64,000 nucleotides of DNA from Bryobacteraceae bacterium (GTDB taxonomy: Bacteria > Acidobacteriota > Terriglobia > Bryobacterales > Bryobacteraceae), in the NCBI GenBank assembly GCA_035486095.1, contig DATHNM010000479.1, forward strand, positions 18,004-82,003. The letters are read 5' to 3'. The translations under genes and the position numbers were made by a program. The notes below the pieces were generated by a model. That model was not told the origin of the DNA. It made no database searches and saw nothing but the letters and a program-made list of their open reading frames with translations. Positions within the stretch are counted from its first letter, which is position 1. Each line of letters begins with the position of its first letter. Positions 63,501-64,000 of this stretch are shown here, in pieces.

Positions 63501-63663
63501 GGGAACATTTGCTGCGTCTCCGGCCCTGCCGGTTTTGAGCAACGCAAACGGAGTGGCAACCGCGCCGTTGCTGACTGCCAATGGCGTGCCTGGACTATTT
63601 GGCGTGAGAGTCACCGTGGGAAGCTTGACAGCAATTTTTGGCGCCACAATAACCTCCAATTGA
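60592..63663 (+). CDS. Large secreted NHL-repeat protein with an unknown ~480-aa N-domain, a BACON-like module and C-terminal Ig-like domains
   Basis: Signal peptide MFSAKFWLFLPISVFAALWPSQAAA. BACON-like GSGTLTLTATGAWTASSNAGWLQLSAGSTSGTGNATIQFTYPANTNAAAQSGVLTIGGLTFTLTQ. At least 7 NHL-type units (P.G(L/V)AVD..GN(V/I)Y(I/F)AD.G.N.I.(E/Q)W). A second BACON-like unit (SNQPWLSITGISGGVINFSFTANTGATSRIAQIMVLGQTVTVTQ). A Big-like tail. Confidence 0.8.
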   Translation: MFSAKFWLFLPISVFAALWPSQAAADCTSLPPIDPTKGFIANFQNPCYMLSLRNGNSHFAGDLNAIYTSFFYQVTPGYELIIVGVYPNARFMSATVYDDHLVAVGTLLDTDIVPLTSAMTNPLAPGETFTPNQRYGMIVSFGQPTATTESPGCSIGSTNISQNVLDASQLHSGITWAGSPSLPPGFPAHETGPNVSGMVTLRKYVDIDASPVPEYVIVRSLANGCAMPIQQAIQANIVGVQQTVTSPLLHQDQISAHLQYASAIQPWLDFPPDPLNNVVWQRPSEYIPVNDTVAGYLGGALSNLQIKSLLAGQTYLRIQFQMPSTPSTPCTTGNCSLRGDEQVRFVGLTFQTAAINCAGHSSILSIDDQSLVKDVNGNVNIVAGFGAPQPPNATAANGYTWIDVSSMPNYTSFSGMIIRELGPSSSFQCSTLNVPFKTSAYNPEGGYMGAFAPTVDFPTASQIPATPIPVVRPNSCALVPTQAPQQIAGTTPFQSCTTNNTLNSYASIVGSSAGSGTLTLTATGAWTASSNAGWLQLSAGSTSGTGNATIQFTYPANTNAAAQSGVLTIGGLTFTLTQVGVNFVPIAPPVPLESIGLSHPQGLAVDGSNNVYIADTANNAIKQWSPVTQATATLSSAQSSPAAVAVDGTGNVFIADSGNHAIEELSAANQQLSTLVSGLGNPSGVAVDTQGNIYFSDAGNNTVNQWNTALQQLTTLAGSGLNHPAGVAVDAFGNVYFADSGSNSIKEWTAANGLVTPLVATGLNNPTGLAMDAQGNLYVADTGDNAIKEWNATTQQLTSLVTTGLNNPLGVAVDGTGNIYAADSNDSEIDEYTPGFLALSTGSLTEAAVAGTDSLTAQVLPASIPLTATSNQPWLSITGISGGVINFSFTANTGATSRIAQIMVLGQTVTVTQNADVPATITKIVGRSQSTPEGQPFPSRLSVRVTDAAGNNVQGVSVMFQVVAAPNGAAGTFAASPALPVLSNANGVATAPLLTANGVPGLFGVRVTVGSLTAIFGATITSN

Positions 63664-63690
63664 CGCACAATCTATCCAGGGAGGGGACTC

Positions 63691-64000
63691 ATGATAACCC
63701 GCCGCTGGATGCTTGGATGGAGCACCAGGTTCCTGGGTGCAACTGTCGCCACCGCCAAGGCCTTCGCTTTGCGTTTACCGCGCCTGGGGTTCGCAGCGCA
63801 AGCCGCGCGGCCCGGCGGAATACCGAAAGGCAAGATCTACTACAAGGGTGACGCGGGCTACGAAGTTTATCGCCGGGGCGCCACCTGGAACGCACGCAAG
63901 CCCAATCGGTTCCCGAATGCGATTGTGCTGGCAGAGGATGTGAACGATGTGATCGCCGCCGTAAAACTGGCCAAGGAGCGCGGCTGGCAGGTGAGCGCAC
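63691..64000 (+). CDS. Tat-signal FAD-binding (PCMH/FAD_binding_4-type) oxidoreductase, 3' end cut by the window edge (not in ORF track)
   Basis: Manual translation from ATG 63691, preceded by GGAGGGG, gives MITRRWMLGWSTRFLGATVATAKAFA...PNAIVLAEDVNDVIAAVKLAKERGWQVSA. The 'P..iv.....DV..aV..A.e.g' N-terminus is typical of FAD-linked oxidases. The frame is open to the window end. Confidence 0.65.
   Translation, partial: MITRRWMLGWSTRFLGATVATAKAFALRLPRLGFAAQAARPGGIPKGKIYYKGDAGYEVYRRGATWNARKPNRFPNAIVLAEDVNDVIAAVKLAKERGWQVSA

Overview
The window is a visibly GC-rich chromosomal segment. Its gene content suggests an Acidobacteriota-like soil bacterium: S53 sedolisin, NHL-repeat and CarboxypepD_reg proteins, PQQ quinoproteins, and many secreted proteins of unknown function. 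This taxonomic call is inference only. I can support about 50 protein-coding genes, packed tightly with many 4-nt ATGA/GTGA/TTGA start-stop overlaps. I saw no rRNA, tRNA, CRISPR array, transposase or integrase. Many long ORFs in the supplied track are antisense shadow ORFs, as expected for GC-rich DNA. Three real genes or gene parts are missing from the track: a truncated TolC paralog at 1..974, a 52-aa CsbD-like gene at 34417..34575, and a truncated FAD-oxidoreductase at 63691..64000.

Main content, in order:
- Tandem TolC-like outer-membrane proteins.
- A translationally coupled secreted triad (unknown protein / atypical MBL-fold protein / unknown paralog).
- A signalling island: HDOD protein, CHASE3 hybrid kinase, REC, orphan CpaE/TadZ-like protein, and a His-less kinase-like REC protein.
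- An operon of cupin, CHRD, N-terminal-heme quinohemoprotein and a PQQ alcohol dehydrogenase carrying the lanthanide-type D-Y-D signature.
- Three tandem copies of an uncharacterised secreted family that has 8 members in this window.
- Two adjacent giant (1516 and 1597 aa) secreted metzincin proteins. They have different protease heads but the same PASTA + 3 x ~145-aa tail.
- A small stress module.
- Tandem TIM-barrel/FN3 paralogs.
- A sedolisin.
- A second copy of the secreted triad in which the first two genes are fused.
- A PqqD-like / HprK-like kinase / 2 x nucleotidyltransferase / 2 x glycosyltransferase cluster.
- A PVA-dehydrogenase-like quinohemoprotein operon.

The best candidates for an undescribed system are two. 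The first is the PqqD/HprK/nucleotidyltransferase cluster at 47.5-54.6 kb, a RiPP-tailoring-like gene set with no cyclase, protease or visible precursor. The second is the duplicated, once-fused secreted triad at 3.0-5.7 kb and 40.7-43.3 kb.
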